DNA from: Pseudomonadota bacterium
Lineage (GTDB): Bacteria; Pseudomonadota; Alphaproteobacteria; Rhodobacterales; Rhodobacteraceae
Reading direction: 5' to 3'
DNA: 64,000 nucleotides
NCBI GenBank assembly: GCA_039195745.1
Contig: JBCCVD010000012.1
Coordinates: 39,100-103,099 of the forward strand
Program-made: the position numbers and the translations under genes
In this document: one piece after another, positions 37,801-47,942 of the stretch
Layout of the letters: each line of letters begins with the position of its first letter
Position numbering within the stretch: the first letter of the stretch is position 1
The notes under the pieces: model-generated
Databases searched by the model: none
The model's input: only the letters and a program-made list of their open reading frames with translations
What the model was told of the DNA's origin: nothing

Positions 37801-38425
37801 CCCCCTGCGCCGTGCGAAACTGATCCAGATTGCGGGGCGATGACAGGATTTTGTTGAGATGGGTCGCAATCTCTGCGGGGCCAAGGACAAGGTCGATGCA
37901 GCCCGTCTCGATCGCCGCATTTGGCATGCCGTCATATTTGGCCGATTCTTCATCCTGCGCGATCGTGATGCCGCCAACTTCGCGCAAGGCCTGAATGCCG
38001 TAAGCACCGTCTGACCCGGTGCCAGAGAGGATGATCCCCATGGACCTGTCGCCGCGGTCACGCGCAAGCGAGATCAAAAACCTGTCGACCGATGGTTTGG
38101 GTTTTCCGATATCCTCGCTCGGCGCGACCAGCCGCAGTTTGCCATTCTCCATTATGACGTCTGCGCGTGGTGGCGTGACGTAAATCACGTCGCGCTCCGG
38201 CACCGTTTCGTCTGTGATGTCTTGCACGCGCAGCTTCGTTTCACTGGCAATCAGGCTTGTCATCAGACTTTTGTGCTGAGGCGACATGTGCTGGACGATC
38301 ACATATGCGCAGCCATTGTTCATGGGCAGGCTTGACGCCAATTCCCTGATTGCTTCCAGCCCCCCGGCTGAAGACCCAATTCCCACAACCAGCGGCAATG
38401 CCGCTGCCCCTTTATCTTTTGGCAT
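34802..38425 (-). CDS. CheB methylesterase-CheR methyltransferase-coiled coil-multi-PAS fusion, 1207 aa
   Basis: GSSAGG, IVQHM, GTGSDG (CheB triad); [21 protein letters not shown] (CheR); SNEELQ heptads; PAS repeats such as TGYWRVD..VHWSE. Confidence 0.92.
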   Translation of the reverse strand: MPKDKGAAALPLVVGIGSSAGGLEAIRELASSLPMNNGCAYVIVQHMSPQHKSLMTSLIASETKLRVQDITDETVPERDVIYVTPPRADVIMENGKLRLVAPSEDIGKPKPSVDRFLISLARDRGDRSMGIILSGTGSDGAYGIQALREVGGITIAQDEESAKYDGMPNAAIETGCIDLVLGPAEIATHLNKILSSPRNLDQFRTAQGEVSPISDVLRIVLARTRVDFREYKQSTVLRRIDRRMTVLGLSTVEDYVVYCRNEPPEVDALFKDLLISVTRFFRDREEFEKLEPQIQELVDHSNNRPLRIWVAGCATGEEVYSIAIMLAEAMGGAAELVRSKTQIFATDIDRAALDYARRGTYSQGSLLDVPKDLADKYFIQQAERVRVIEALRSVIQFSDHNLCQDPPFLNMDLICCRNLLIYFSAKLQVKVFARLHYAMKQGSYLFLGTAESVTGSDQLFVEVAGNPHIFRKRELRRKDRVTQKAFPSKWVPAPPRQTAPAQSREPQGSPSERIMFDALARSLGENSILVSSEYNFLRVYGDITPYVNLTEDSTLSLQLSLLKPPFREEARSLVTLALKHDERRMGSKHRMIEDNGRMVRLEALPIQAPAIDDQLALVVINSWSKEEYEKLGIEPSDLRLNMPDDQLRDLDQELANAREALQQTIQQLETSNEELQALSEELQSTNEELQATNEELETSNEELQSTNEELITVNEELQVNSSELMGLNAELGSLLGNVPIPLLVLDNALQVARASNAAMQLFNIAPPLRNPHLSQIHLPEGFPKLVEISNEALQLGSPVTRDFETSGGPFTLQCAPFTGNGGQIIGTTLVFLQSPATQSLANELHQLLNNAPIYMLQHDETGDVTRVSKRMAELLGINQGEAIGTPVSKVLSQAKVGDENGLRQLLDGEPTDGAIQLQHPNGGTVWLAAMRHAYTDPATGRVIVVIVGNDVTEIIEATKDADQRTKSLEMMQEMSDTGYWRVDLKSNSVHWSERVYEIHGRNSADYQPTLEDGINHYHEDDRDTVRQALETSIEDLKPFEFRCRLLREDGDVIWVRSMGAPTIDNSGKVGALVGSFRDISAEFSTQKHLHEVEAIINEGDIGFFSFDVLTGDAYWSASTYRVLRVDTQTPGSFELVHKMVDPADQDRFAAARQDTVENGTPFVEDFKATLGNGDKAVITINMSATKRDDGQVTDYYGTLTVNDSKDT
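36273..36420 (-). repeat. Degenerate 21-nt tandem repeat encoding the (S/T)NEELQ heptads of the CheBR coiled coil
   Basis: [48 protein letters not shown]; standard in CheBR fusions. Confidence 0.8.
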
Positions 38426-38649
38426 AGAAAACCTTTTCGGACACCTCAGACCAAATCACTTGGCGGAAAAAATGCATTCGTAAACAAAATTACACGCATA
38501 TAAACATACGCTAGTTAACTATGTTCTACAAACCAGACATTTCGTCGAAAAGTAGAATTACACGGCTAACCGTAAACGTTTTGTTAACGAAGTTTTCCTA
38601 ATCGTAAATGGGCGATGCAGTATCGCATTCTTAAAGGTGGTGTATCCAG

Positions 38650-39330
38650 ATGTCTTCAATCGAAGCGTTCGATTCGGCTGATACTGACAGATTCGTCGTG
38701 CATCTGGTGCGGGGACGGGATGAGAGCGTGACCGTCACTCATGTCGAACTCACGCACGCTGATATCCGCAACCGCTACACGTTCAAACAGGGCCGCAGCC
38801 TTTCTGAAGTGTTCAGCGATTCTCTGGCGGCAGCGCTGACAAAAGCACTGAATAAAATGGGGCCCGGCAAAGGGATTGTCTCTATTCCAGATTTTAATCT
38901 GACGCTGCCCGGTCTGGTGCTCGGCGGCCTGCGCATCTTGTGCAAACGGGCTGCCGATGGCGTGAATGACCTCATTATGGTCCGGGTGCGCGAATATGTG
39001 GGCTCAATCAAATCAGCTTTCAGGTTTGATCCTTCCCTTGCCGTTGATAGCGCGAGTATGCGCGAACGTGTCGCGGTTGAGGTGTTGCGAGACATTGTGA
39101 ATCCGCTCCTCGATATCTTGTCGATCTCCCGTGATGCACCGGCTGATGTGATAGACAACAACACGGCCGCGATTCGGCGGCAGTTGGAACGGATGTCCGT
39201 TCGGCAAGATGAAATCAACTTCTACATCAGCCTGCTGCATCGATACATTGCAGGCTGCCGCAGCGACGCAGAGAAACAGGTGTCGAACGGCGCGGATCGC
39301 AGCAACGTCACCACGATGTCGCCGCTCTAA
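38650..39330 (+). CDS. Hypothetical 226-aa protein with a His-less DHp-like C-terminus
   Basis: Divergent from CheBR; LRDIVNPLLDIL resembles the HisKA H-box SHEIRTPLNGIL. Confidence 0.65.
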   Translation: MSSIEAFDSADTDRFVVHLVRGRDESVTVTHVELTHADIRNRYTFKQGRSLSEVFSDSLAAALTKALNKMGPGKGIVSIPDFNLTLPGLVLGGLRILCKRAADGVNDLIMVRVREYVGSIKSAFRFDPSLAVDSASMRERVAVEVLRDIVNPLLDILSISRDAPADVIDNNTAAIRRQLERMSVRQDEINFYISLLHRYIAGCRSDAEKQVSNGADRSNVTTMSPL

Positions 39331-41744
39331 GCTTTCACACGTGCATTTTCGGGGTCATACAACGCCCGGTCCACGACCCTGGCAGGGCAGGGCTGACCAA
39401 TCACATCGACAGTGAGAGCGGTGCCCGTGTTTTCAAATCTCGGGGAGATATAGGCAAAGGCGAGGTTTTTGTCCGTCCTGTGCCCCCAGTCGGCAGAGGT
39501 CACAGTGCCCATGATATTTCCATTTGCGCGCACGGAGGCACCACCATGGCTTGGCGCATGGGTCGCGTCAATCTCCAGCATAACCAGTTGTTTGCGCGGC
39601 CCGGCGTTCAGCATCTCTTGCAGCGCCGGTTTGCCGATAAATTCCTTTTCCAGATGCACAAACCGCTCCAGCCCGGCTTCGAACGGATTGAACTCAGTGA
39701 TCAGCTCGGCTTTCCAGTGCATATAGCCTTTTTCCAGGCGCATCGACTCCACTGCATGCGATCCGAACAACACCATGTCATATTCTGCCCCCGCTTTACG
39801 CAAGGCGAGATAGGCCGCGTAAAGCTGCGCATTCGGGACGTGAATTTCATAAGCCAACTCGCCTGAGAAACTGACCGACATCACGACAGCGGGCGCGATC
39901 CCAATGAATGCCTCTCTGACGGATAGCCAAGGAAATGCCTCTGCCGACCAATCTGCCCGACTGACCTGAGACAAGACCTGTCGGGCCCTGGGGCCTGCGA
40001 GAACGAGGATCGTCATATCATCGGTCCGCGAACGTATCTGCACATCGGCGCCGTGTGGAATATGCGTGCTTAGCCAATCCATATCATGCCACTCCGCCGC
40101 CGCGGCGGAGCCGTACCAGATGCGGTCATCGGGCAAGTTCGCAACAGTAGCCTCTGCTTTGATATTGCCGTGGTGGTTCAGCAAGTAACCCAACCCCACA
40201 CGCCCCTCCTTGCGCGACACCCGCCCGCAGAACATGCCATCAAGCCAATCACGCGCATCCGCGCCGGTGATTTCGAACCGATTGAACCCGTTCACCTCAC
40301 ACAAGCCTACACCCGATTGCACAGCTGCGACTTCGGCTTTCACCACCTCGAATGTCTCATTGAACCGGAAGCTATGCGTCTCCGTGAATTCGTCGGTGGG
40401 CCGGATATACGCCACCCGCTCCCAGCCATTGACCACGCCAAACTCCGCGCCTTCCGCTGCCAGCACCGCTGTTAACGGCGTCGTTTTCGCAGGCCGCCCT
40501 GCAGGCCGGTGCTCATGCGGGAAGTGGAAGCGGAATTCGTTCTGATAATCTTCGATGGCCTTCAGGGAGGTTAGCTCAACCGTGCCATGCGCTGTGAACC
40601 TGCGCGGGTCGAGACACCACATGTCGTAGCAGGCCTCCCCATGCACGATCTGTTGCGCCAACAGCCAGCCATGCCCACCGCCTTCGCCAACACCCGCCCG
40701 CAACCCGATGATGCAATAGGCATTGCGTTTATGGGGGATCGGCCCCACCAGCGGAGCCCCGTCAATCGTGTAGGTGATCGGCCCATTGACGACCCGTTTG
40801 ATCCCGGCTTCCATCAGCACAGGCATGCGCGCAAATGCGCCTTCCAGAACGTCCATTACGCGGTCCAGATCGTCGGGACACAGGTCATTGGCAAAAGCCG
40901 GATCAATTCCGTCCATCCCCCAAGGCCTGCAATCCTGCTCATAAAAGCCAACGAGCAAACCGTTCTTTTCCTGCCGCGAATAGTAATCTGATATCGGACA
41001 TCTGAGCAGTGGCATCCGGTGGCTGGCCTGTGCAATCGCGGGGATGTCCTCCGTGACAAAATACTGATGCTCCATGGAGGCCACAGGATGCTGCACGCCC
41101 ATCATCGCGGCCACCTCATTCACACGGTAGCCGCCCGCATTGACGACAATATCGGCGTCAATGCTGCCTTTCGTGGTCTCCACTGTCCAAGTGTCATCCT
41201 TGTGCTGCACCAGCCCTGTCACGGCCGTATGCCGATAGACCTCAGCGCCCGCGCGGCGTGCATGAAAAGCCAAAGCCTGACACAGCTGCGCAGGGTCAAT
41301 ATCACCGTCTTCGCCGTCCCATAGCCCGCCAATCAGGTTCTCGGTGGAGATCAAGGGATGGCGCCGCGCGCATTCCTCTGCGTCGAGGATATCATAGGTC
41401 ACGCCCATCCCCGCCGCCATGGAGGCGAAATGGCGATACCCCTCCATCACGGCCTCTGTATTGGCCAATCTGATCCCGCCATCCCCGTGATGATATCCCA
41501 CTGGATAATCAGGGTCATCGCGCAGTTTTTTGTACAATGAGATGGAGTGCGATTTCAGCCCGACCATCGTCTGGTTCATGCCGAAATTCGTCACTTGCGC
41601 CGCCGAATGCCACGTTGTGCCGGAGGTCAGCTCATCCCGCTCGATCAACACGACATCCGACCAGCCTTCTTCGGTCAGATGATAAAGCGTCGAGCAGCCC
41701 GCAATGCCGCCACCGATCACTGCCACTTTCGTTCGGGATTTCAT
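39327..41744 (-). CDS. GcvT-family FAD-dependent amine dehydrogenase (dimethylglycine/sarcosine dehydrogenase-like)
   Basis: GGGIAG, ELTSGTTWHSAA, VVNGPITYTIDG, C-terminal aminomethyltransferase domain (SMRLEKGY). Confidence 0.92.
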   Translation of the reverse strand: MKSRTKVAVIGGGIAGCSTLYHLTEEGWSDVVLIERDELTSGTTWHSAAQVTNFGMNQTMVGLKSHSISLYKKLRDDPDYPVGYHHGDGGIRLANTEAVMEGYRHFASMAAGMGVTYDILDAEECARRHPLISTENLIGGLWDGEDGDIDPAQLCQALAFHARRAGAEVYRHTAVTGLVQHKDDTWTVETTKGSIDADIVVNAGGYRVNEVAAMMGVQHPVASMEHQYFVTEDIPAIAQASHRMPLLRCPISDYYSRQEKNGLLVGFYEQDCRPWGMDGIDPAFANDLCPDDLDRVMDVLEGAFARMPVLMEAGIKRVVNGPITYTIDGAPLVGPIPHKRNAYCIIGLRAGVGEGGGHGWLLAQQIVHGEACYDMWCLDPRRFTAHGTVELTSLKAIEDYQNEFRFHFPHEHRPAGRPAKTTPLTAVLAAEGAEFGVVNGWERVAYIRPTDEFTETHSFRFNETFEVVKAEVAAVQSGVGLCEVNGFNRFEITGADARDWLDGMFCGRVSRKEGRVGLGYLLNHHGNIKAEATVANLPDDRIWYGSAAAAEWHDMDWLSTHIPHGADVQIRSRTDDMTILVLAGPRARQVLSQVSRADWSAEAFPWLSVREAFIGIAPAVVMSVSFSGELAYEIHVPNAQLYAAYLALRKAGAEYDMVLFGSHAVESMRLEKGYMHWKAELITEFNPFEAGLERFVHLEKEFIGKPALQEMLNAGPRKQLVMLEIDATHAPSHGGASVRANGNIMGTVTSADWGHRTDKNLAFAYISPRFENTGTALTVDVIGQPCPARVVDRALYDPENARVKA

Positions 41745-41904
41745 CTGCGCGCTCCTTTATGCTTGGCGTCATCCACGTCGAAATTGCAAAAAGGGTCAAT
41801 CCCCCAAGCCTCTCATTTCACTCTATCAAAACCCAATTTCAGCCATCCCGAAGCCCATGCAGATTTTTCTTGCCACTGCGCATTATCAGCGCTCACCTCT
41901 TTTC

Positions 41905-43419
41905 ATGAGCAGACGATCCACAGGGGGCCGCAGCGCCCGACTGGCCCAACGCGCCGCGCCGCCAAAGGTGAACCCCGCCCCGCCGGGCCAGATGGGCGGC
42001 GCCTACCGTCCGTTGAGCGAGGCGGACCTGCGTGCCATCTACGAAACCGCCCTGAAACTCCTCTCCGATCTCGGCATGGGGGAGGTGCCCGCCCGCCTCG
42101 AAACCCTGTTTCTCAGCAAAGGCGCGACCCTCAACGACAACGGCCGCACCTGCTTCCCCCGCACAATGGTCGAGGACGCAATTGATGCCGCTGCCAAACG
42201 CTTCCCGCTGCATGGCCGCGACCCGGCCCGCAGCATCGAAGTGGGTGGCGACACCGTTCATTTCGGCACCGGCGGCGCAGCCGTGCAAACACTGGATCTT
42301 GCAACCGCCAGCTACCGCCCCTCGACGCTCAAAGACCTCTACGACTTCACCCGATTGCAAGATACGCTGCCCAATGTGAGCTGGTTCACCCGCTGCTGTG
42401 TCGCGACTGATGTGCCCGATAATTTCGATCTCGACGTCAATACCGTCTACGCGCTGATGCGCGGCACCACGAAACCTGTGGCCACGTCGTTCACGCTTGC
42501 GCAATACGTCGACCCCATCGTCCAACTGCTCGACATCGTGGCGGGCGGGGAGGGGGCGTTCTCAAAACGCCCCTTTGTCAAAGCCCATATCTCCCCGGTC
42601 ATCTCACCCATGCGCTACGGTGAAGACGCGGTCGATGTGACGTATGCCTGTATCGAACACAACATCCCCATTTCCGCTATAACCGCTGCCCAATCGGGCG
42701 CCACAGCGCCTGCGACGCTTGCAGGCTTCCTGGCGCAGTCCCTTGCTGAGACGCTCGGCAGTTTGCTGATGGTCCATTGCATCAAACCCGGCCACCCGAT
42801 GGTCTTCTCCAACTGGCCGCTCGTCATTGATCTGAGAACCGGCGCCTTTTGCGGCGGTGGCGGCGAGATCACGGTGCTGAACGCCGCCTCTGCACAGCTG
42901 TCGAACTGGCTGGGTCTGCCGTCCGGCGTGGCCTCCTGCATGACCGACGCCAAAGCCATCGACGCGCAATATGGTGCGGAAAAGGGCCTCACAGCCCTCG
43001 CGGCTGGCCTTGCTGGTGGGAACCTGATCTACGAGTCCTCCGGCATGACCGCCTCCCTTCTGGGGTCATCATTCGAAGGATTTATCCTCGACAATGACAT
43101 GATAGGCCAAATCTACCGCGCTCTCCGCGGTATCGAGGTCTCAGAGGACACATTGGGCTATGACGCCATTTGCGACGCGATCCTTGGCGAAGGTCATTTC
43201 CTTGGCCATGATCAAACCCTTCAAGCAATGGAACGTGATTATCTTTATCCTGAGCTTGCGGACCGTGACGCGCCATCAAAATGGGAAGAAGAGGGCAAGC
43301 AAGACGCATGGGGTCGTGCAAATCAAGCGGCAAAAGACATTCTGGCCCGACCTGACCCCGGTTATCTGAACGAGGATCAAGAGGCCGCGATCCGCGCTAA
43401 GTTCAAGATCCTGCTGTAG
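41905..43419 (+). CDS. Trimethylamine methyltransferase family protein (non-pyrrolysine MttB-like)
   Basis: [11 protein letters not shown]-terminus, [32 protein letters not shown]; ATG 41905; no in-frame TAG. Confidence 0.9.
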   Translation: MSRRSTGGRSARLAQRAAPPKVNPAPPGQMGGAYRPLSEADLRAIYETALKLLSDLGMGEVPARLETLFLSKGATLNDNGRTCFPRTMVEDAIDAAAKRFPLHGRDPARSIEVGGDTVHFGTGGAAVQTLDLATASYRPSTLKDLYDFTRLQDTLPNVSWFTRCCVATDVPDNFDLDVNTVYALMRGTTKPVATSFTLAQYVDPIVQLLDIVAGGEGAFSKRPFVKAHISPVISPMRYGEDAVDVTYACIEHNIPISAITAAQSGATAPATLAGFLAQSLAETLGSLLMVHCIKPGHPMVFSNWPLVIDLRTGAFCGGGGEITVLNAASAQLSNWLGLPSGVASCMTDAKAIDAQYGAEKGLTALAAGLAGGNLIYESSGMTASLLGSSFEGFILDNDMIGQIYRALRGIEVSEDTLGYDAICDAILGEGHFLGHDQTLQAMERDYLYPELADRDAPSKWEEEGKQDAWGRANQAAKDILARPDPGYLNEDQEAAIRAKFKILL

Positions 43420-44218
43420 ACCGCGTTGGGTTTCCCTGAGCCATCGGCTGACCAGTGAAAGGCATGTCTTCATAGGAAACACCCGCAAGGTAGAGGCCTT
43501 GCGGCGGGCAAACGGGCCCGCATGCCGCACGATCCCGGGCGTCCAAAGCCCGCTGCATCTGGAGAGGCTCCCAAGTGCCGCTGCCGACCTGTACCAAGGA
43601 TCCGACAAAGCTGCGGATTTGGTTGTGCAGGAACGACCGCGCGCGGAAATGGAACTGGTATTCCATGCCGTAAGGGACTTCGAAAGACTCAACCCGCGCT
43701 TCATCCAGTGTTTTGACGGGCGACGCCGCCTGACAAAGCGTTGACCGGAACGTCGTGAAATCATGGTTGCCGATCAGGACGTTTGCGGCCTCTTGCATGG
43801 CGTGCACGTTCACGGGGTAATTGATCTGCCAAACCTGTCCGCGCTCATGTGTCAATGGCGCACGACGATAGACAAGGCGAAACAGATAGCGCCGCTCCCG
43901 TGCTGAGAACCTTGCGTGCCAATCATCAGGCACCTTAGCGACCTCAAGAATAGACACCGGCAGGGGTTTCAGATGGTAGTTCAACGCCTCTGACAAGCGA
44001 AACGGCTGCCAGTCACGGTCCAGATCACAATGCGCGACCTGACAAGTCGCATGCACACCCGTATCTGTGCGCCCGGCCGCTGCAAGCGTTTGAAATCCCG
44101 GTTGCAATTTACGCAACGCGTCTTCGATTGCGCCCTGCACCGTCGGCTGGCCTTGCTGACGTTGCCAGCCGTTGAACGGCCCGCCATCATATTCAATTTT
44201 CAACGCATATCTCGGCAT
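43403..44218 (-). CDS. truA: tRNA pseudouridine(38-40) synthase
   Basis: [37 protein letters not shown]. Confidence 0.96.
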   Translation of the reverse strand: MPRYALKIEYDGGPFNGWQRQQGQPTVQGAIEDALRKLQPGFQTLAAAGRTDTGVHATCQVAHCDLDRDWQPFRLSEALNYHLKPLPVSILEVAKVPDDWHARFSARERRYLFRLVYRRAPLTHERGQVWQINYPVNVHAMQEAANVLIGNHDFTTFRSTLCQAASPVKTLDEARVESFEVPYGMEYQFHFRARSFLHNQIRSFVGSLVQVGSGTWEPLQMQRALDARDRAACGPVCPPQGLYLAGVSYEDMPFTGQPMAQGNPTRSTAGS

Positions 44219-44314
44219 GGGTTTCCTCTACAGCGGGGAAAGCCGCAAACCAAGCCCCCTACACAGCCGCTTCGTGCGCGCCTATGTAAGGGAGCGGTTA
44301 AGGAAAGTGACGTT

Positions 44315-45730
44315 TTGATTATCAACGACATCGTCGATGGGGTGACCCGCAGTATTGAAGACGCGACAAGCTCGATAACGGGCGTGTTTGAACCCACGAT
44401 CCGGCTGGGCGTGACGGGGCTGAGTCGCGCGGGCAAGACTGTGTTCATCACTTCGCTGATCGCCAATCTGATGGATCGGGGTCGCATGCCGCAGCTCCGT
44501 GCCGCGGCCCATGGCGGCATCAAGTCAGCCTATTTGCGCCCTCAGCCCGACGACACGATCGCACGGTTTGACTACGAGACCCATCTGGCCGCCATGACGG
44601 GCCCCGCGCCACATTGGCCAGAGTCGACCCGCACGATCTCAGAGCTGCGCCTGTCGCTGAAAGTCCAGCCGGGCGGGGTGATCGGCGCATTCTCCGGGCC
44701 GCGTACGGTTCATCTAGATATCGTCGACTATCCCGGAGAGTGGTTGCTGGATCTGGGCCTTTTGGACAAGTCTTTCGCCCAGTGGTCCGAAGACAGCCTT
44801 GCGCGGGCTGCAATGCGCGCGCCGGCGCAGGACTACCTCGAACTTGTGGCCCAGACCGACAGTACGGCAAAACTGCACGAGCCTACCGCGCAAAATCTTG
44901 CGGCGACCTATACCAGCTATCTCCATGCGATCAGAGAGGCGGGGTTCTCCGATGCGACGCCAGGGCGTTTTTTGTTGCCGGGCGATCTTGAAGGCTCTCC
45001 CGTCCTGACCTTTGCACCGTTGCCCAAGCCGGATCGTCAGCCGCGCAATGCGCTCTACCGCGAGTTCGAACGACGCTACGAATCCTATAAATCCAATGTC
45101 ATCAAGCCCTTCTTCCGTGACCATTTCAGCCGTATCGACCGCCAAGTGGTTTTGGTAGATGCTTTGGATGCCATTCATTCCGGTCCACAAGCGCTGGATG
45201 CGCTCAGGCAATCCATGGTCGATATTCTCGGCGCGTTCCGGCCCGGTCGCAGTGCGTGGCTCAGTTCCATCCTCTTTGGCAAACGGGTTGAAAAGATACT
45301 CTTCGCCGCAACCAAGGCGGATCACTTGCATCACGCCCAACATAGCCGACTGACTGCGATTATGGAGGCGCTCTTGCGAGAGGCAAAGGACCGCGCGGAC
45401 TTTGCCGGGGCCAAGACGAGCGCCATGTCCATCGCCTCCTTGCGCGCCACGGTGGAGCAGCAGATGGAGCATCAGGGCGACACGCTCGATGTCGTGCGCG
45501 GCACGCTTCTGAAAACCGGAAAACAGGCCGCGTTTTATCCCGGCGATCTGCCCGCTGACCCAGCGAAACTGCTTGGCCCGGCCCGTGACGGTGACGAAAA
45601 GTGGCTGGATGCGGATTACTCGGTCATGGCTTTCGCCCCAGCGGAAATTGAACTGAAGCCAGGCGATGGGCCGCCTCATATCCGCCTCGATAAAGCTGCC
45701 GAATTCCTGATCGGAGATCGTCTGTCATGA
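44315..45730 (+). CDS. ycjX: YcjX-family P-loop NTPase
   Basis: GVTGLSRAGKTVF, DYPGEWLLD, FAATKADH, HIRLD; probable TTG start at 44315. Confidence 0.92.
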   Translation: MIINDIVDGVTRSIEDATSSITGVFEPTIRLGVTGLSRAGKTVFITSLIANLMDRGRMPQLRAAAHGGIKSAYLRPQPDDTIARFDYETHLAAMTGPAPHWPESTRTISELRLSLKVQPGGVIGAFSGPRTVHLDIVDYPGEWLLDLGLLDKSFAQWSEDSLARAAMRAPAQDYLELVAQTDSTAKLHEPTAQNLAATYTSYLHAIREAGFSDATPGRFLLPGDLEGSPVLTFAPLPKPDRQPRNALYREFERRYESYKSNVIKPFFRDHFSRIDRQVVLVDALDAIHSGPQALDALRQSMVDILGAFRPGRSAWLSSILFGKRVEKILFAATKADHLHHAQHSRLTAIMEALLREAKDRADFAGAKTSAMSIASLRATVEQQMEHQGDTLDVVRGTLLKTGKQAAFYPGDLPADPAKLLGPARDGDEKWLDADYSVMAFAPAEIELKPGDGPPHIRLDKAAEFLIGDRLS

Positions 45731-46755
45731 GCAAATCCAAAGGTCCGGTGTTGATCGACCTCGACGCGCCCGCCAAACCAGTTAAATCGGATGCTGAACC
45801 GCTGACACCGGCCACAGCGCCGCCGGTGCCCGATACGCAGGAACCGCTGCCCACCGGACAGGCCATGCAGACACTGGCGCAACTGGCGGCCCGCCGCCCC
45901 TCCAGGCTGACGCGTTTTTTTTGGTCCGCCCTGATTGCGCTTCTGGGGTTTATGGCCTCTGTCGCGGCTTGGGAGTTCGTCGCAAACCTTGTCACCTCCA
46001 ACCCGATCCTGGGCTACGTGGCGCTGGCATTACTGGGGCTCTTCTGTGTCGCACTTTTGCTGGTGGCTGGGCGCGAGTGGCTCGCACTGGTTCGGCTCAA
46101 AAGCATCGACGGGCTGCGAATGGACGCAGAAGCGGCCCTCTCGACCGGAGACTTGAAAGCCGCCCGGCGCGCCCGCGACAAGATCGTCGCGCTCTACAAA
46201 TCCCGCCCAGAACTGGACGCAGCGCGCGCTGTGGTCATGCAACGTGATGGAGACAGTTTCGATGCGGATGCCCTGTTCGAAGTGGTGGAGCAGACCCTGC
46301 TCGCGCCCCTCGATGATGCCGCCCGCCGGGAGGTCGAGGCCGCAGCCCGCCAAGTGGCGACGGTCACCGCGATTGTGCCCTTGGCCTTGGCGGATCTGAT
46401 CGCGGCACTGACCGCGAACCTGCGTATGATCCGGCGGATTGCAGACCTTTACGGGGGCCGCTCCGGCGCGCTGGGCAACTGGCGATTGACCAAAGCTGTG
46501 ATGACGCATCTTGTTGCGACTGGTGCAGTGGCCATTGGCGATGATCTGATCGGCTCTATCGCGGGTGGCGGCATGCTCAGCCGCATTTCTCGCCGCTTCG
46601 GGGAGGGGGTGGTGAATGGTGCGCTCACCGCCCGCGTCGGTATCGCCGCCATGGAGGTTTGCCGCCCGCTGCCATTTTCTGCCGCACAAAAACCCTCTGT
46701 CACCCGACTTGTAAAGCGCGCGCTTACGGGCCTGTTTTCAACGGGCAAGGATTAG
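45727..46755 (+). CDS. ycjF: YcjF-family membrane protein (TIGR01620-like)
   Basis: Two N-terminal TMs, VTAIVPLALAD, GEGVVNGALTARVG..CRPLPF; ATGA overlap with ycjX. Confidence 0.9.
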   Translation: MSKSKGPVLIDLDAPAKPVKSDAEPLTPATAPPVPDTQEPLPTGQAMQTLAQLAARRPSRLTRFFWSALIALLGFMASVAAWEFVANLVTSNPILGYVALALLGLFCVALLLVAGREWLALVRLKSIDGLRMDAEAALSTGDLKAARRARDKIVALYKSRPELDAARAVVMQRDGDSFDADALFEVVEQTLLAPLDDAARREVEAAARQVATVTAIVPLALADLIAALTANLRMIRRIADLYGGRSGALGNWRLTKAVMTHLVATGAVAIGDDLIGSIAGGGMLSRISRRFGEGVVNGALTARVGIAAMEVCRPLPFSAAQKPSVTRLVKRALTGLFSTGKD

Positions 46756-47942
46756 CGGGGCGTCAGCGATCCGAGAGGCGGGATCATGTTACCGCACACC
46801 AGACGCGTCAGTACACGTGGCAAAGGCTGAATTTGGCTCACAGGAAACAGTACGCGGTCGCGTAGCACCGGCAGCCATTTCGAATCTGACTGGTATTGCG
46901 GTGTGAATGCCCATGACATCGCCTGATAGATCCAAACATGCCAGCGGCGCGCCCGCGCGTAATGCAGCAGCGCGGTCGGGATGTCGGGCTCAAACCGCAA
47001 GGCTTCTGAAAGCGCCATTGCATCCAATAGCGCCATATTCGCGCCTTGGCCCAGTTGAGGGCTTGCCTTATGCGCGCTGTCGCCGATGATCGCCAGATGG
47101 TCCCCGAATGGCTTGCGCAAAGTACCGTGGCTGTAGCGCGCCATTGTCATTTGGTCATGCTGTGTGATCGTCTCCAGAAACGGTGCGAAGTCTGGCCAAA
47201 GAGCTGTTGCTTCCGCTTTCCAATCCTCCAGCGGATTTCGTCTCCAATCTCGATGCCCGCCACGCGGCATGGACCAGAAGATCGCCGCCTGCGGCACATC
47301 AGAGCCCGGCAAGGTGCCGCAAGGCAGAACACCTATCATACGGTCTGCGCGCCTGTAGCTTTGCGTCAGGCGGTCCTGTGGTAACTCTGTGGCGGGCCAA
47401 GGCACAGTCCCCCAGATCGCCCCATAGGGCAGGGCGCGCGCTTTCATCGGAGAAAGACCACCGCCTGCACCTGAGGCATCAACGATAAGATCAAATGGGC
47501 CGCGACGCTCCTGGTTTTCAAAGGTGATATGCCGTCGCGCTAGCCCGGCCGCCTTATGAGCTGCTATGAGATGTGCGCCTGCGGCAACAGCCGCTTCTGA
47601 CACTGCTTCGAAAAGCGCCGAACGATGGATGCCCAGACCAAAGCTCTCGCCTGTCCCGTCACGGTCGTACCAGACGTCAAGCACCGGTGCCTTTGTGTCG
47701 CTTTCATGGCCGAGCATGCGCCGGATGCGGTTGCCACTATTGCGGGCCTGATTGCCTGCGCCGATCCGATCCAGAACCGCCAATCCTACCGGCTGAATGA
47801 CCAAACCTGATCCGACTGGTTGCGGCATCTTGAACTGGTCGAATACAGTGACGTTATGTCCTTCTTGCGCCAAAAAGGCCCCTGCAGCCAAGCCCCCGAT
47901 CCCGGCCCCGACGATACCGATTCTGATACTCATGTGCTGCAT
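46752..47942 (-). CDS. FAD-dependent monooxygenase
   Basis: GAGIGG, IVDASG, IGDSAHKASPQLGQGANMAL; start 47942 or 47933. Confidence 0.88.
   Translation of the reverse strand: MQHMSIRIGIVGAGIGGLAAGAFLAQEGHNVTVFDQFKMPQPVGSGLVIQPVGLAVLDRIGAGNQARNSGNRIRRMLGHESDTKAPVLDVWYDRDGTGESFGLGIHRSALFEAVSEAAVAAGAHLIAAHKAAGLARRHITFENQERRGPFDLIVDASGAGGGLSPMKARALPYGAIWGTVPWPATELPQDRLTQSYRRADRMIGVLPCGTLPGSDVPQAAIFWSMPRGGHRDWRRNPLEDWKAEATALWPDFAPFLETITQHDQMTMARYSHGTLRKPFGDHLAIIGDSAHKASPQLGQGANMALLDAMALSEALRFEPDIPTALLHYARARRWHVWIYQAMSWAFTPQYQSDSKWLPVLRDRVLFPVSQIQPLPRVLTRLVCGNMIPPLGSLTPR

Noticed and set aside
38500-38600. CtrA boxes between CheBR and its divergent partner
   Set aside because: Best hit TAAA-N7-TTAAC (38573-38588) is imperfect, and TTAA half-sites are expected in this AT-rich spacer.
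41905-43419. Pyrrolysine readthrough in the MttB-family gene
   Set aside because: The frame has no internal TAG and there are no pyl genes in the window.
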